A stretch of 40,375 nucleotides of DNA, from positions 1-40,375 of IMG/VR virus record IMGVR_UViG_3300015050_000784; one strand, written 5' to 3'. The notes under the pieces are model-generated. The model did not search any database and was not told where the DNA came from. It saw only the letters and a program-made list of their open reading frames with translations. Below, piece after piece: positions 26,887 through 34,310 of this stretch. The position numbers were made by a program, and so were the translations under genes. Source of the DNA: a virus. Lineage: Duplodnaviria > Caudoviricetes. Within the stretch, counting starts at the first letter, position 1, and each line of letters starts with the position of its first letter.

Positions 26887-29423
26887 TGGCCGCCGGTCGC
26901 TTCGTTGTCCCTCCCTATTTCCCTGCCCGCAACCGTCAGAATCAGCTTCTGGGCGGCGCGCTGCTCTACGTCTATGTGAACAACACGACGCAAAAGGCAG
27001 CGATCTACACGAATGAGGGCCTTTCGGTTCCTTCGTCCAACCCCGTTGTTGCAAATGCTTCGGGGCAGTTCCCGTCCGTGTTTGCAGAGGCTGGGACGGA
27101 AGCAGACCCGGTTCTCTACAGCGTCAGCGTCACGACGGCCACGGGCGCTTCGCCGGGCAATCCGTTCAACTTCAATAACTATCGACCCGCTGTCGATTAT
27201 GAAACAGCAGCAGTTGCGCTTGCTGAATCTGCGGCTGACTCGGCGTTGAACAGTGCGGCAGATGCTGCGGTCTCGGCAGGTGAGGCAGAGGCAGCGCTCC
27301 TTGAAATCGAGGACATTGTTGCGAACTCGCCGGATGCCCCTTCGGTCGTAAACAAGCTGAACCGTGACGGGGACAACTCTCAGCCGAGCTTCCTGACCAA
27401 TGTCGGCGCTCTCTCTCGAGAGGGCAACAACACTGATCTCGACTTCTTCGATAACCTCTCCATCGCCATGAACCCGGAGACGGACGCCCCGACCTTCAGG
27501 ACGGCGCTAGGTATTGCTCTGGTCTCTCCTCGCGATTACGGCGCGGTCGGGAACGGCACGACAGATGATCGCCAAGCCCTGTTCGATGCGGACGCGGCAG
27601 GACCCACCACCCTGACGGCTAACTATCGTGTCGCCTCCAACCTGACTTTTACCAAGCCGGTGACCTTCACGGGCGTAGGCAGGCTGACGATTGACAACGG
27701 CGTGGTCGTTACCTTCACGAGTCAGGTTCAGGCTCCAGACCGACAAATCTTCTATGGCGACGGGGGCGGCGCTGGCCTTCCTGTCAGCCGCGCAATGTGG
27801 TGGGCCGGAGACTCTTTGAACGATGTCGCCGTTAACGCCCGCGTGCGTCTTCAGAAGGCGCATGGCTGCGTTGTCAACGGCGGTACGGTCGCCTATCCCA
27901 CGGGGCGGTTTTATATCGACGGCGGGACGGCGATCACGAACAATCGCGGCCAGCAAATCGTCGGTACTGGCGCTTCAGAAATCTGCTTCACGACCCGTGC
28001 AAGCAATGTCTTCACGTTCGGCACGCTGTCTGGCGCGTCGATTTCTGGAATGACGATCCTCAATAATCAGAGCTATTGGCCCACTTCTGGCACGGCGATT
28101 ATTGTCAATGCTTCCGGGTTCTTCTCGTTTGACAATCTTAACATCCGCCAAGCCTTCAACGGAATGTATTGCCTGAACAGTCCTGTTATTCGCGGGTCCA
28201 ACTTCAACTTTGGTGAGTGCCTTAATACGGCGTTCTTTGCTCAGACTTGCACCGACGTTTTCCTTGGAGACTACATTATCGCCGCTCCGGTGGACTGGTG
28301 GGAAGTCGAGGACATCGTTGGGACGTATATTCCCGGCGAGATTGTAGAGGCATCCGGCTCTGGGGCTCAGGGCGATTACGTCGGCGTTCCTGCGGTCAAT
28401 ACGCTGCTTCGTGTCACGACGCGGAACATCAACCCCGTGCCGGGCGAAACGATCACGGGCCTTACCTCTGGTGCAACATCGACGCTTGTCCAGCAGGTTG
28501 TCCCGTTTGAGTTCGGAGCGATCCGACTGCTCAACGGCGTTGAAGGCTTCGTGTCCTCGGCTGGCGACATCATCGGCGGCAAGTTCTCCATGACCACGGA
28601 TGGCGTCTACGTCCCCGGTCAGCGCCCGGCTTACTGCAAGTTCATCAACACCCTGTTTGACTCCTCCGACGAGGGGGTGAACCTGAACAACTGCGTTGAG
28701 ATGGAGTTCGTAAACGCGTGGTTCTCCAATCGCCCCGGTAAAGGCCTCACCGTCCTGCAATCGGACGGCGTCAAACTGATTGGCGGTAAGGCGATTAACT
28801 GCTGGCAGGAGGGCGTTGACGTCTACGCCACGGCCAAGAATTTCACCGCTCTGGGCTTCTCGGCGCGATCCAACTCCACGGCATCGGCAGGTATGTTCGC
28901 GGGCATTCAGGTCCGCGCAACGACCAACCTGTTTGATATTTCGCACTGCATCTTTGACGAGGGCGATATTGGTTTTGGGACGCAAAAGACCGGCTGTGAA
29001 GTCGTAACCGGAACCGCATCGAACTATGTCCTGCGGGATAACCTTGGCCCGGTGATCGACAACGGCAACCCGGAAACCACCACCTCGCCCGCTGTTACGG
29101 CGTCGTCGGGGACGTTCACGACCGCCCCGGTTTCCACCCTTCGCTCGCAACTCTCGAATGACTTCCTTGAGTTCACGCTGGATATTGCGCCGCCTGCGTC
29201 TGTCGGGACGGCATCGGGAACCATGCTTCTGACGATGCCGTATGCCGCGAAATGGCCGGTGACGTTCCTTGGCACGGACCTGAACCCGCTGTCTGGCGAG
29301 GTTGTTCAGGCAACTATGGGCGTCGGGTCGAACGTGCTAAATATCAAGTTCGCATCGGGCGGCTCTGCCATTGACGCGGCGACCAACATCAGCGGCATTA
29401 CCGGAAGCTACAGGATTTCGTAA
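26886..29423 (+). CDS. Tailspike / receptor-binding protein with a pectate-lyase-like beta-helix
   Basis: N-terminal virion-binding-type domain (LYVY.NNT...IY...NPVVANASG), PRDYGAVGNGTTDDR motif, beta-helix repeats. Confidence 0.85.
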   Translation: MAAGRFVVPPYFPARNRQNQLLGGALLYVYVNNTTQKAAIYTNEGLSVPSSNPVVANASGQFPSVFAEAGTEADPVLYSVSVTTATGASPGNPFNFNNYRPAVDYETAAVALAESAADSALNSAADAAVSAGEAEAALLEIEDIVANSPDAPSVVNKLNRDGDNSQPSFLTNVGALSREGNNTDLDFFDNLSIAMNPETDAPTFRTALGIALVSPRDYGAVGNGTTDDRQALFDADAAGPTTLTANYRVASNLTFTKPVTFTGVGRLTIDNGVVVTFTSQVQAPDRQIFYGDGGGAGLPVSRAMWWAGDSLNDVAVNARVRLQKAHGCVVNGGTVAYPTGRFYIDGGTAITNNRGQQIVGTGASEICFTTRASNVFTFGTLSGASISGMTILNNQSYWPTSGTAIIVNASGFFSFDNLNIRQAFNGMYCLNSPVIRGSNFNFGECLNTAFFAQTCTDVFLGDYIIAAPVDWWEVEDIVGTYIPGEIVEASGSGAQGDYVGVPAVNTLLRVTTRNINPVPGETITGLTSGATSTLVQQVVPFEFGAIRLLNGVEGFVSSAGDIIGGKFSMTTDGVYVPGQRPAYCKFINTLFDSSDEGVNLNNCVEMEFVNAWFSNRPGKGLTVLQSDGVKLIGGKAINCWQEGVDVYATAKNFTALGFSARSNSTASAGMFAGIQVRATTNLFDISHCIFDEGDIGFGTQKTGCEVVTGTASNYVLRDNLGPVIDNGNPETTTSPAVTASSGTFTTAPVSTLRSQLSNDFLEFTLDIAPPASVGTASGTMLLTMPYAAKWPVTFLGTDLNPLSGEVVQATMGVGSNVLNIKFASGGSAIDAATNISGITGSYRIS

Positions 29424-29519
29424 ATGGCTAAAGCGCCCAAGTCTGGTAAAAAGGCGGGGCCGCGTGACGTGCGCGGTCCTATCCCCCGTCCTCCTTCCCC
29501 TCCCAAGCCGAAGAAGTAG
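29424..29519 (+). CDS. Basic proline-rich micro-protein, 31 aa
   Basis: ATG immediately after the tailspike TAA; MAKAPKSGKKAGPRDVRGPIPRPPSPPKPKK. Confidence 0.55.
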   Translation: MAKAPKSGKKAGPRDVRGPIPRPPSPPKPKK

Positions 29520-29523
29520 AACC

Positions 29524-29613
29524 ATGACCGATCCGATTGAACCGCCCGACGAAGGCGAAGGCCCGATTCCGATTCCGCCTCCCCCGCCGCCTCCTCCTCC
29601 CCCCGGAGGCTGA
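29524..29613 (+). CDS. Acidic polyproline micro-protein, 29 aa
   Basis: MTDPIEPPDEGEGPIPIPPPPPPPPPPGG; the Pro run uses mixed CCN codons, consistent with coding. Confidence 0.6.
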   Translation: MTDPIEPPDEGEGPIPIPPPPPPPPPPGG

Positions 29614-29615
29614 CG

Positions 29616-30095
29616 ATGTATGAGGCCGTACTGATTTTTCTGCTGTCTCTCGGGTGCCTGAACAAGGCATCTCGACCCTTCGCCGCCATCATGGTTGCGA
29701 ACATGGCGATCAACTATCTGATCGTCATTCAGTACGGTCTCTTCATCTGGGTTCCGGTTGTAGATGCTGCGGCCTTCATCAGCATGGCATGGTTCACGCT
29801 CAAACGTCCGTCTTGGTGGACGTTCCTTGTGTCTGAACTCGCATTTGCTGCGGTCATCTCCCACGTTGCCTATTGGACACTTGACGCGTTCGGGTTGTAT
29901 TTTGGCTCACAATATCAGATAGTTCTAGGTGGCGCTTTCATCCTGTCGGCGTTGATCCTTGTCCTCGGAGGATATGACGTTGGGAAGCTTGTCGGGACCG
30001 CTTGGCGTAGCCTTGCCAGCGCTTTTGATATGCGCCGTCGTCATGGCTATTCTGGTTCGTCGGCTATCCAAGATCATAGCGAGGATGCGCGGTGA
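29616..30095 (+). CDS. Multi-pass membrane protein (about 4-5 TM)
   Basis: Several hydrophobic segments; GGAGG RBS within the polyproline ORF. Confidence 0.75.
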   Translation: MYEAVLIFLLSLGCLNKASRPFAAIMVANMAINYLIVIQYGLFIWVPVVDAAAFISMAWFTLKRPSWWTFLVSELAFAAVISHVAYWTLDAFGLYFGSQYQIVLGGAFILSALILVLGGYDVGKLVGTAWRSLASAFDMRRRHGYSGSSAIQDHSEDAR

Positions 30096-30361
30096 GTCCT
30101 AACGTATGGATTGCGCTTACGGCTCTCGCGATGGCGTCTCTGGTTCATGTGATTGCGGTAGTCGTCTGGCTGACGCGTCTGGATATGCGCCTGAAGACGG
30201 CAGAGAACACGCTAGGCGACATGAAGGGCTCCGGTGAGCGCCTGATGAGAATGGAGACGGAGATGCATGGTCTTCGCGACGACGTGCGCGGGATTAGCGC
30301 CGGTCTCGACTGGCTGCGCACTGTCCCCGGATATGCCCCTCCCCATAAGGCAAGGCCATGA
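30092..30361 (+). CDS. Single-TM plus coiled-coil lysis-cassette protein (putative)
   Basis: N-terminal TM then heptad-rich RLMRMETEMHGLRDDV. Confidence 0.65.
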   Translation: MSPNVWIALTALAMASLVHVIAVVVWLTRLDMRLKTAENTLGDMKGSGERLMRMETEMHGLRDDVRGISAGLDWLRTVPGYAPPHKARP

Positions 30362-30573
30362 AAAGCATTCTTGCACACCTCCACATAGACGCTACGGCGA
30401 TGTCCGGGCTTCTGGCTCTAGGCGTCATCGGAACCGTGGCTATCATGCACGGAGACGGAGAGACCGTAGCAGCGGCGGCGGTCGGAGCTATTGGAGGGTG
30501 GATGGCCCGTGGTTCTGGCCGAACGACCACGCAAACCGAGGGCAATCCGCCCGTGACGACGACTACTGAATAG
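30358..30573 (+). CDS. Putative holin (2 TM)
   Basis: 71 aa, two hydrophobic segments, upstream of the endolysin region. Confidence 0.55.
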   Translation: MKSILAHLHIDATAMSGLLALGVIGTVAIMHGDGETVAAAAVGAIGGWMARGSGRTTTQTEGNPPVTTTTE

Positions 30574-31168
30574 CGCGCTCAACACTCCAGCCATCCCGTA
30601 TCCTTCGGGCCAGTTTTTGATATGGAAGGCCTAATTTCTGAGCGGCGTCAGTTACGGTCATCCGCTGGCCGTCAACCTCAATCCACACGTTAGACGTCCT
30701 GTTGCGCGACTGAACGTCAATGGTCACCCATCGACAATTACCGGCAGAATAATTCGCGTTTACATCGATTCTATCCAATGAGTGTTTCGGGCTAGGGCGA
30801 CGTCCCATGTCGGACAAAAACGCCATGTAGTTAGACCGCCACTCAGAACACATTCCAATTCCCCTGCCCCCATACCGGCTGTATCTGGTGGAAGTCGGGG
30901 AGTAGCACCTCGCTTTCGCGTTTAGCCAAGCCGCATATTCTGGCGTCTTGGTTTCTCCGTGCTTTGTTACCGCGCGCGTTGCGTTCTCTCGGCCCAAGCA
31001 CCCACAGCTCTTTGTGTTTCCCGAAACCAGAGAGCCGGAAGTCGGCCTAGTTTCTTTTCCGCAATCGCAGATACACAGCCACGCAGATAAACCATTTTTG
31101 CTTTCGGATGGGCTTACGGCGGTTAAGCGTCCAAAGCGCCTCCCGGATAAATCTGCTCGTGCTGTCAT
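30563..31168 (-). CDS. Free-standing HNH homing endonuclease
   Basis: DLSGRRFGRL, WLCICDCG, SCGC, YGGRGI..C.EW, SLDRIDVNANY...NCRW; GGAGG RBS. Confidence 0.88.
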   Translation of the reverse strand: MTARADLSGRRFGRLTAVSPSESKNGLSAWLCICDCGKETRPTSGSLVSGNTKSCGCLGRENATRAVTKHGETKTPEYAAWLNAKARCYSPTSTRYSRYGGRGIGMCSEWRSNYMAFLSDMGRRPSPKHSLDRIDVNANYSAGNCRWVTIDVQSRNRTSNVWIEVDGQRMTVTDAAQKLGLPYQKLARRIRDGWSVERAIQ

Positions 31169-31227
31169 AATTACCTCCCAATGTAACTAACGATAGCTCA
31201 TTGCGATACACGTTACAACCGGCCTAG

Positions 31228-31308
31228 TTTTCCGCCCGCGATAGCGTCCCGCCTGTCCGCGTTACCAACCCGGAAGACGATGCGGTGAAGATTGAGGAAG
31301 TGAAGTAG
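31228..31308 (+). pseudogene. Orphan C-terminal coding fragment, probably the displaced end of the holin-like gene
   Basis: Startless frame FSARDSVPPVRVTNPEDDAVKIEEVK*; ARDS/PPV resembles ARGS/PPV of 30358-30573. Confidence 0.4.
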
Positions 31309-31406
31309 GTGCGAGGCCGGGATTGATGCCGGCTACCTTGATCAGTGTGGATCGGTAATCAAGGCTTAGGATTGGCGTCCTGCGTGTCCATCCACGCCGC
31401 TCGCAC
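31309..31406 (-). ncRNA. tRNA-like cloverleaf RNA (non-canonical)
   Basis: 7-bp closing stem GTGCGAG/CTCGCAC plus four internal hairpins. Confidence 0.6.
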
Positions 31407-31414
31407 AAGAACCG

Positions 31415-31672
31415 CTAACTGTTGCGGTATACTTCAAATTGACCGGGGTGAAGTTGTGAGCGAGGGTCGCGAGCTTCATCGGTGACGCTCTCGCCCATCA
31501 CGTCGTGCTCTTCTTTTTCGGCAACCGTAAGAGCGGCTCGGACGCAATGAGCATTAAGCTCGTTATCGAACTCTCCGATAACCTCTGATTTTCCGGTTCG
31601 TCCAGCCTCTTCGTAGCGGGTCACAATCCACCGGGTAACGGGGCGCACACGATATTCAATAGTGGCAATCAT
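31415..31672 (-). CDS. Hypothetical protein, 85 aa
   Basis: AGGAG RBS before ATG 31672; IEYRVRPVTRWIVTRY. Confidence 0.7.
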   Translation of the reverse strand: MIATIEYRVRPVTRWIVTRYEEAGRTGKSEVIGEFDNELNAHCVRAALTVAEKEEHDVMGESVTDEARDPRSQLHPGQFEVYRNS

Positions 31673-31757
31673 TTTGATCTCCTGCCTCCGCAGAGGCGTA
31701 AGACGCTGTAAGATCACAGCCTATCCATAATGCACGTCTTTCGCTAAGGTGCAACCT

Positions 31758-32363
31758 ATGTCCAAAGCTCTTTTCGACGCCGTCCGCTCTATCAAGGGCA
31801 AGCCTCTTACCCAAGCCGACGTTGATCTGATCAACCGCGCTCTTGGTGTGTCTGTGGTTGAGGCTTCCAAGGTCGGCTTCCGAGCTAGTGCGCGGTGCAT
31901 CTCCCTGATCCACTCTTTCGAGTCCCTAAAGTTGGCGGCGTACAAGGACCCTGGCTCTGCAAACGGGCTACCGATCACTTGCGGTTGGGGTTCTACGCGG
32001 GACCTGGACGGAAAACCGATCAAGCTCGGCGCTATCTGGACGAAGGAATACGCCGACAAGGTGTTTGCCCGCGACCTGGCGGACTTTGAGCAAGGCGTAA
32101 ATCTGCTGATCGGAACAAGCCTGACAACGCAGAACCAGTTCGATGCGTTGGTTAGCTTCGCCTACAATGTCGGTCTCGACATTGACGAAGACACGAAGGC
32201 TGAAGGGCTGGGCGACTCTACGCTGCTTCGCAAGCACAAGGCGGGCGATTTCGTGGGTGCTGAGGCCGCGTTCATGGCTTGGGTCTATAACGACGGCAAG
32301 AAGACGAATGGCCTTGTGCGACGGCGTCAGGCCGAAGCGGACCTGTATGGGGCTTTGTCGTGA
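31758..32363 (+). CDS. Endolysin, GH24 phage lysozyme
   Basis: FESLKLAAYKD...TCGWG catalytic pattern, TQNQFDALVSFAYNVG, GLVRRRQAEADLY. Confidence 0.93.
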   Translation: MSKALFDAVRSIKGKPLTQADVDLINRALGVSVVEASKVGFRASARCISLIHSFESLKLAAYKDPGSANGLPITCGWGSTRDLDGKPIKLGAIWTKEYADKVFARDLADFEQGVNLLIGTSLTTQNQFDALVSFAYNVGLDIDEDTKAEGLGDSTLLRKHKAGDFVGAEAAFMAWVYNDGKKTNGLVRRRQAEADLYGALS

Positions 32364-32515
32364 CCCTAGAAGAAGAGAACATTCAACTCCGCGAACGGCT
32401 AGCAAGGCTTGAGACCGCCTTAGCTGACGCCGGTAAGTGCCCGCGCTGCGCTCTGACGCGTATGGAATGCGCTGACGTGATTGCGGAATTTGAGGTCGAG
32501 CGCCGGGCTAGGTGA
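32360..32515 (+). CDS. Small coiled-coil/CxxC protein, 51 aa (not in ORF track)
   Basis: GTGA overlap with the endolysin stop; MTLEEENIQLRERLARLE...KCPRC. Confidence 0.55.
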   Translation: MTLEEENIQLRERLARLETALADAGKCPRCALTRMECADVIAEFEVERRAR

Positions 32516-32811
32516 GCGAGCCTCGGGAGTCGCACCCGACATTCCTTACCGAAACAGCTACCCTAAGGCTCTGCGAGGGAATTGCACCCTCTACGGCACT
32601 GCTGCGGCTCGCGCATCTATAGTAGTACGCCCCGGCAGAACGAATCCACCGGGGCGCTCTCCCGACCCTCTCGGAGGCCAGCAGAAAGATACTAACTACT
32701 TCAACCAGTACGCTGTGTCGAACCAGCGACGAGCGGCAGGACTCTGATTTCCCTGCACGCGAAGCCCGAAGGCGACTACGGCCCAGAGGTTCACCGTGTT
32801 TCGCTCGCCCA
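32513..32811 (-). ncRNA. Large structured non-coding RNA candidate, family unknown
   Basis: 9-bp terminal stem, three T-loop-like hairpins, a C(UUCG)G tetraloop and pseudoknot pairings; no convincing ORF. Confidence 0.7.
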
Positions 32812-32824
32812 TCCAGAAACCACG

Positions 32825-33058
32825 CTAGGGCGTAGGCGTCAAGTCCTTGGGAGGCATCAGCCCCACATCACGCATCCGACCTATAAAACGATCCCACTCT
32901 TCTACGGCCAAAAACATTACCTCAAAGGGCGCACGGAATTGCAGAGGAATAACGTTCCAAAAGCCCACGGGAAGAGAGTCGCGCAACTGGCGCAGTTTGT
33001 TCGCGGCTTGAAGAAGGTCATCAAGTTTGCGGTCGATTTCGGCTAGGGGAGTGGTCAT
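32825..33058 (-). CDS. Hypothetical protein
   Basis: Last coupled ORF of the leftward operon. Confidence 0.6.
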   Translation of the reverse strand: MTTPLAEIDRKLDDLLQAANKLRQLRDSLPVGFWNVIPLQFRAPFEVMFLAVEEWDRFIGRMRDVGLMPPKDLTPTP

Positions 33059-33255
33059 TGTGTCTCACTTTGTTCCGCAGTCAGCTTCGCATAGTGGACC
33101 GCGAACTCCGGCGTCATGATGAAGTTGCGGAGAATGCGCTCTCGGCTGAGACCTTCGCTCAGCGTGTCCAGATGGAAGTCAAAGCCGTAGCGATCCGGCT
33201 CACGACCCAGCAAGGCAAAATACAGGTCGTTCAGATATTGCTTGTCGGTGGTCAT
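33055..33255 (-). CDS. Stand-alone DUF4214-like domain protein
   Basis: YLNDLYFALLGREPD..G..F....L..GLSR..IL..F..TPEF. Confidence 0.75.
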   Translation of the reverse strand: MTTDKQYLNDLYFALLGREPDRYGFDFHLDTLSEGLSRERILRNFIMTPEFAVHYAKLTAEQSETQ

Positions 33256-33380
33256 TTCTTTTCTCCGAAGGTTTCAAGGAAGGCACGTCCATTATTCCAG
33301 AATACGCGCCATTTTCCGGGGACAGCGTATCGTTGGAATTTCCCGGCTTTAAGGGCCGAAAGGGCTTGAGTGGGGGTCAT
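33252..33380 (-). CDS. Small hypothetical protein
   Basis: MTPTQALSALKAGKF...; ATGA overlaps at both ends; AAGGA upstream. Confidence 0.5.
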   Translation of the reverse strand: MTPTQALSALKAGKFQRYAVPGKWRVFWNNGRAFLETFGEKK

Positions 33381-33802
33381 TGGATGATCCTTTTGATTGG
33401 CGCATCGAACACAATTGCAGATTCTGCCGATGGCGCAGATGAAAGAACAAAAGTGCAGTCGGCCAAAGTGCTGTGAGTATTTGCACCAAAATACGTCAGC
33501 GGGCCTCCCTTGAATTCTGGACGAGCTACAATGCAGCACCGCATCATTCGCATATTGCGGGTGATTACTATTGTTTCAGAGATGGAAAGCTCTGTGTCGT
33601 AAAGCTCAAAAGCGCCGCCACGATATGCCATAACTCCATCTCTGATCCTCACGGCCTTACCTTCCAGCCAAGCCTTAAGCCCCGGAGAATCGTCGTGGAT
33701 GCCGTCAGCGTAGATCGTCGGCGTTGTCTCAAGCGCCGCGACTTGCGTAGCCCCGGCAAGCGCGATAGCCCCGCCAAGGAACAGCCTGCGTGAGAGGTTC
33801 AT
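33377..33802 (-). CDS. Twin-arginine (Tat) signal protein
   Basis: MNLSRRLFLGGAIALAG. Confidence 0.65.
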   Translation of the reverse strand: MNLSRRLFLGGAIALAGATQVAALETTPTIYADGIHDDSPGLKAWLEGKAVRIRDGVMAYRGGAFELYDTELSISETIVITRNMRMMRCCIVARPEFKGGPLTYFGANTHSTLADCTFVLSSAPSAESAIVFDAPIKRIIQ

Positions 33803-33983
33803 TGTCCATCACTTTGTGCTGAAGGATTGTAAATACGGGGAGGCTTAAGGGCCTGAACCTTGGCCAACAGCCTCAGTCGCCCTTCTCCGGTAAGGCCAGA
33901 GCCAAGAACGCGTGTGACGTTCTCATAGGGGCCTCCAAGAACTTTGTTCAGGTGTTCCCACTCGTCATTGTCGATTTCAAGGA

Positions 33984-34310
33984 TCATCGAATCCGCTCCG
34001 CTGCTCGTGCATTGGCATTCTGTGTGCGCCAAACTTCCATCTTCGCGTTAGCCGCTGCGTATCTCTGGCGTGACGTATAGTCGGCTTTCGCCTGTGCGCC
34101 GACCTTGGCTAGATGCTCCTTGAACCGGGGTTGAGCCCTAGCCCATTGCTCACGCTCCGTTGCGGACTTTGCGTCGCTCTCGCCCATTAGCTCGGCAAGA
34201 ACGGTCTTAGTCAAGGCGTCCAGATACTCGTGTGCGGCCCGGTGCGCCGCTCCTGACTCGTCGCCCAGAACTTCTAGGACGTGGTGCATGTCGTCGTCAG
34301 AAACTAGCAT
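33984..34310 (-). CDS. Hypothetical protein of the recombination module
   Basis: SATEREQWARA...MEVWRTQNANAR; adjacent to the exonuclease. Confidence 0.7.
   Translation of the reverse strand: MLVSDDDMHHVLEVLGDESGAAHRAAHEYLDALTKTVLAELMGESDAKSATEREQWARAQPRFKEHLAKVGAQAKADYTSRQRYAAANAKMEVWRTQNANARAAERIR

Noticed and set aside
30563-31308. Group I intron around the HNH gene
   Set aside because: The HNH is antisense, the upstream gene has its own stop, and the ~60 nt of flanking non-coding sequence is too short for a ribozyme core.
31309-31406. Canonical tRNA gene
   Set aside because: No 5-bp/7-nt anticodon arm and no TTC in the T-loop.
32481-32747. 88-aa plus-strand ORF over the RNA
   Set aside because: TTG start, no RBS, unusual composition and overlap with the better 32360-32515 ORF; the region is better explained by RNA structure.
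32513-32811. tmRNA identity for the large structured RNA
   Set aside because: It has a terminal stem and T-arm, but no GGGG 5' end, no encoded CCA and no tag frame ending in AA-stop (the best frame ends ARAAAVP*). Alphaproteobacterial tmRNAs are also normally two-piece.
33799-34032. 77-aa ORF with TTG start
   Set aside because: The start is doubtful; a shorter version from MILEID (ATG near 33987) probably fills the gap, but there is no functional evidence, so it is not listed as a feature.
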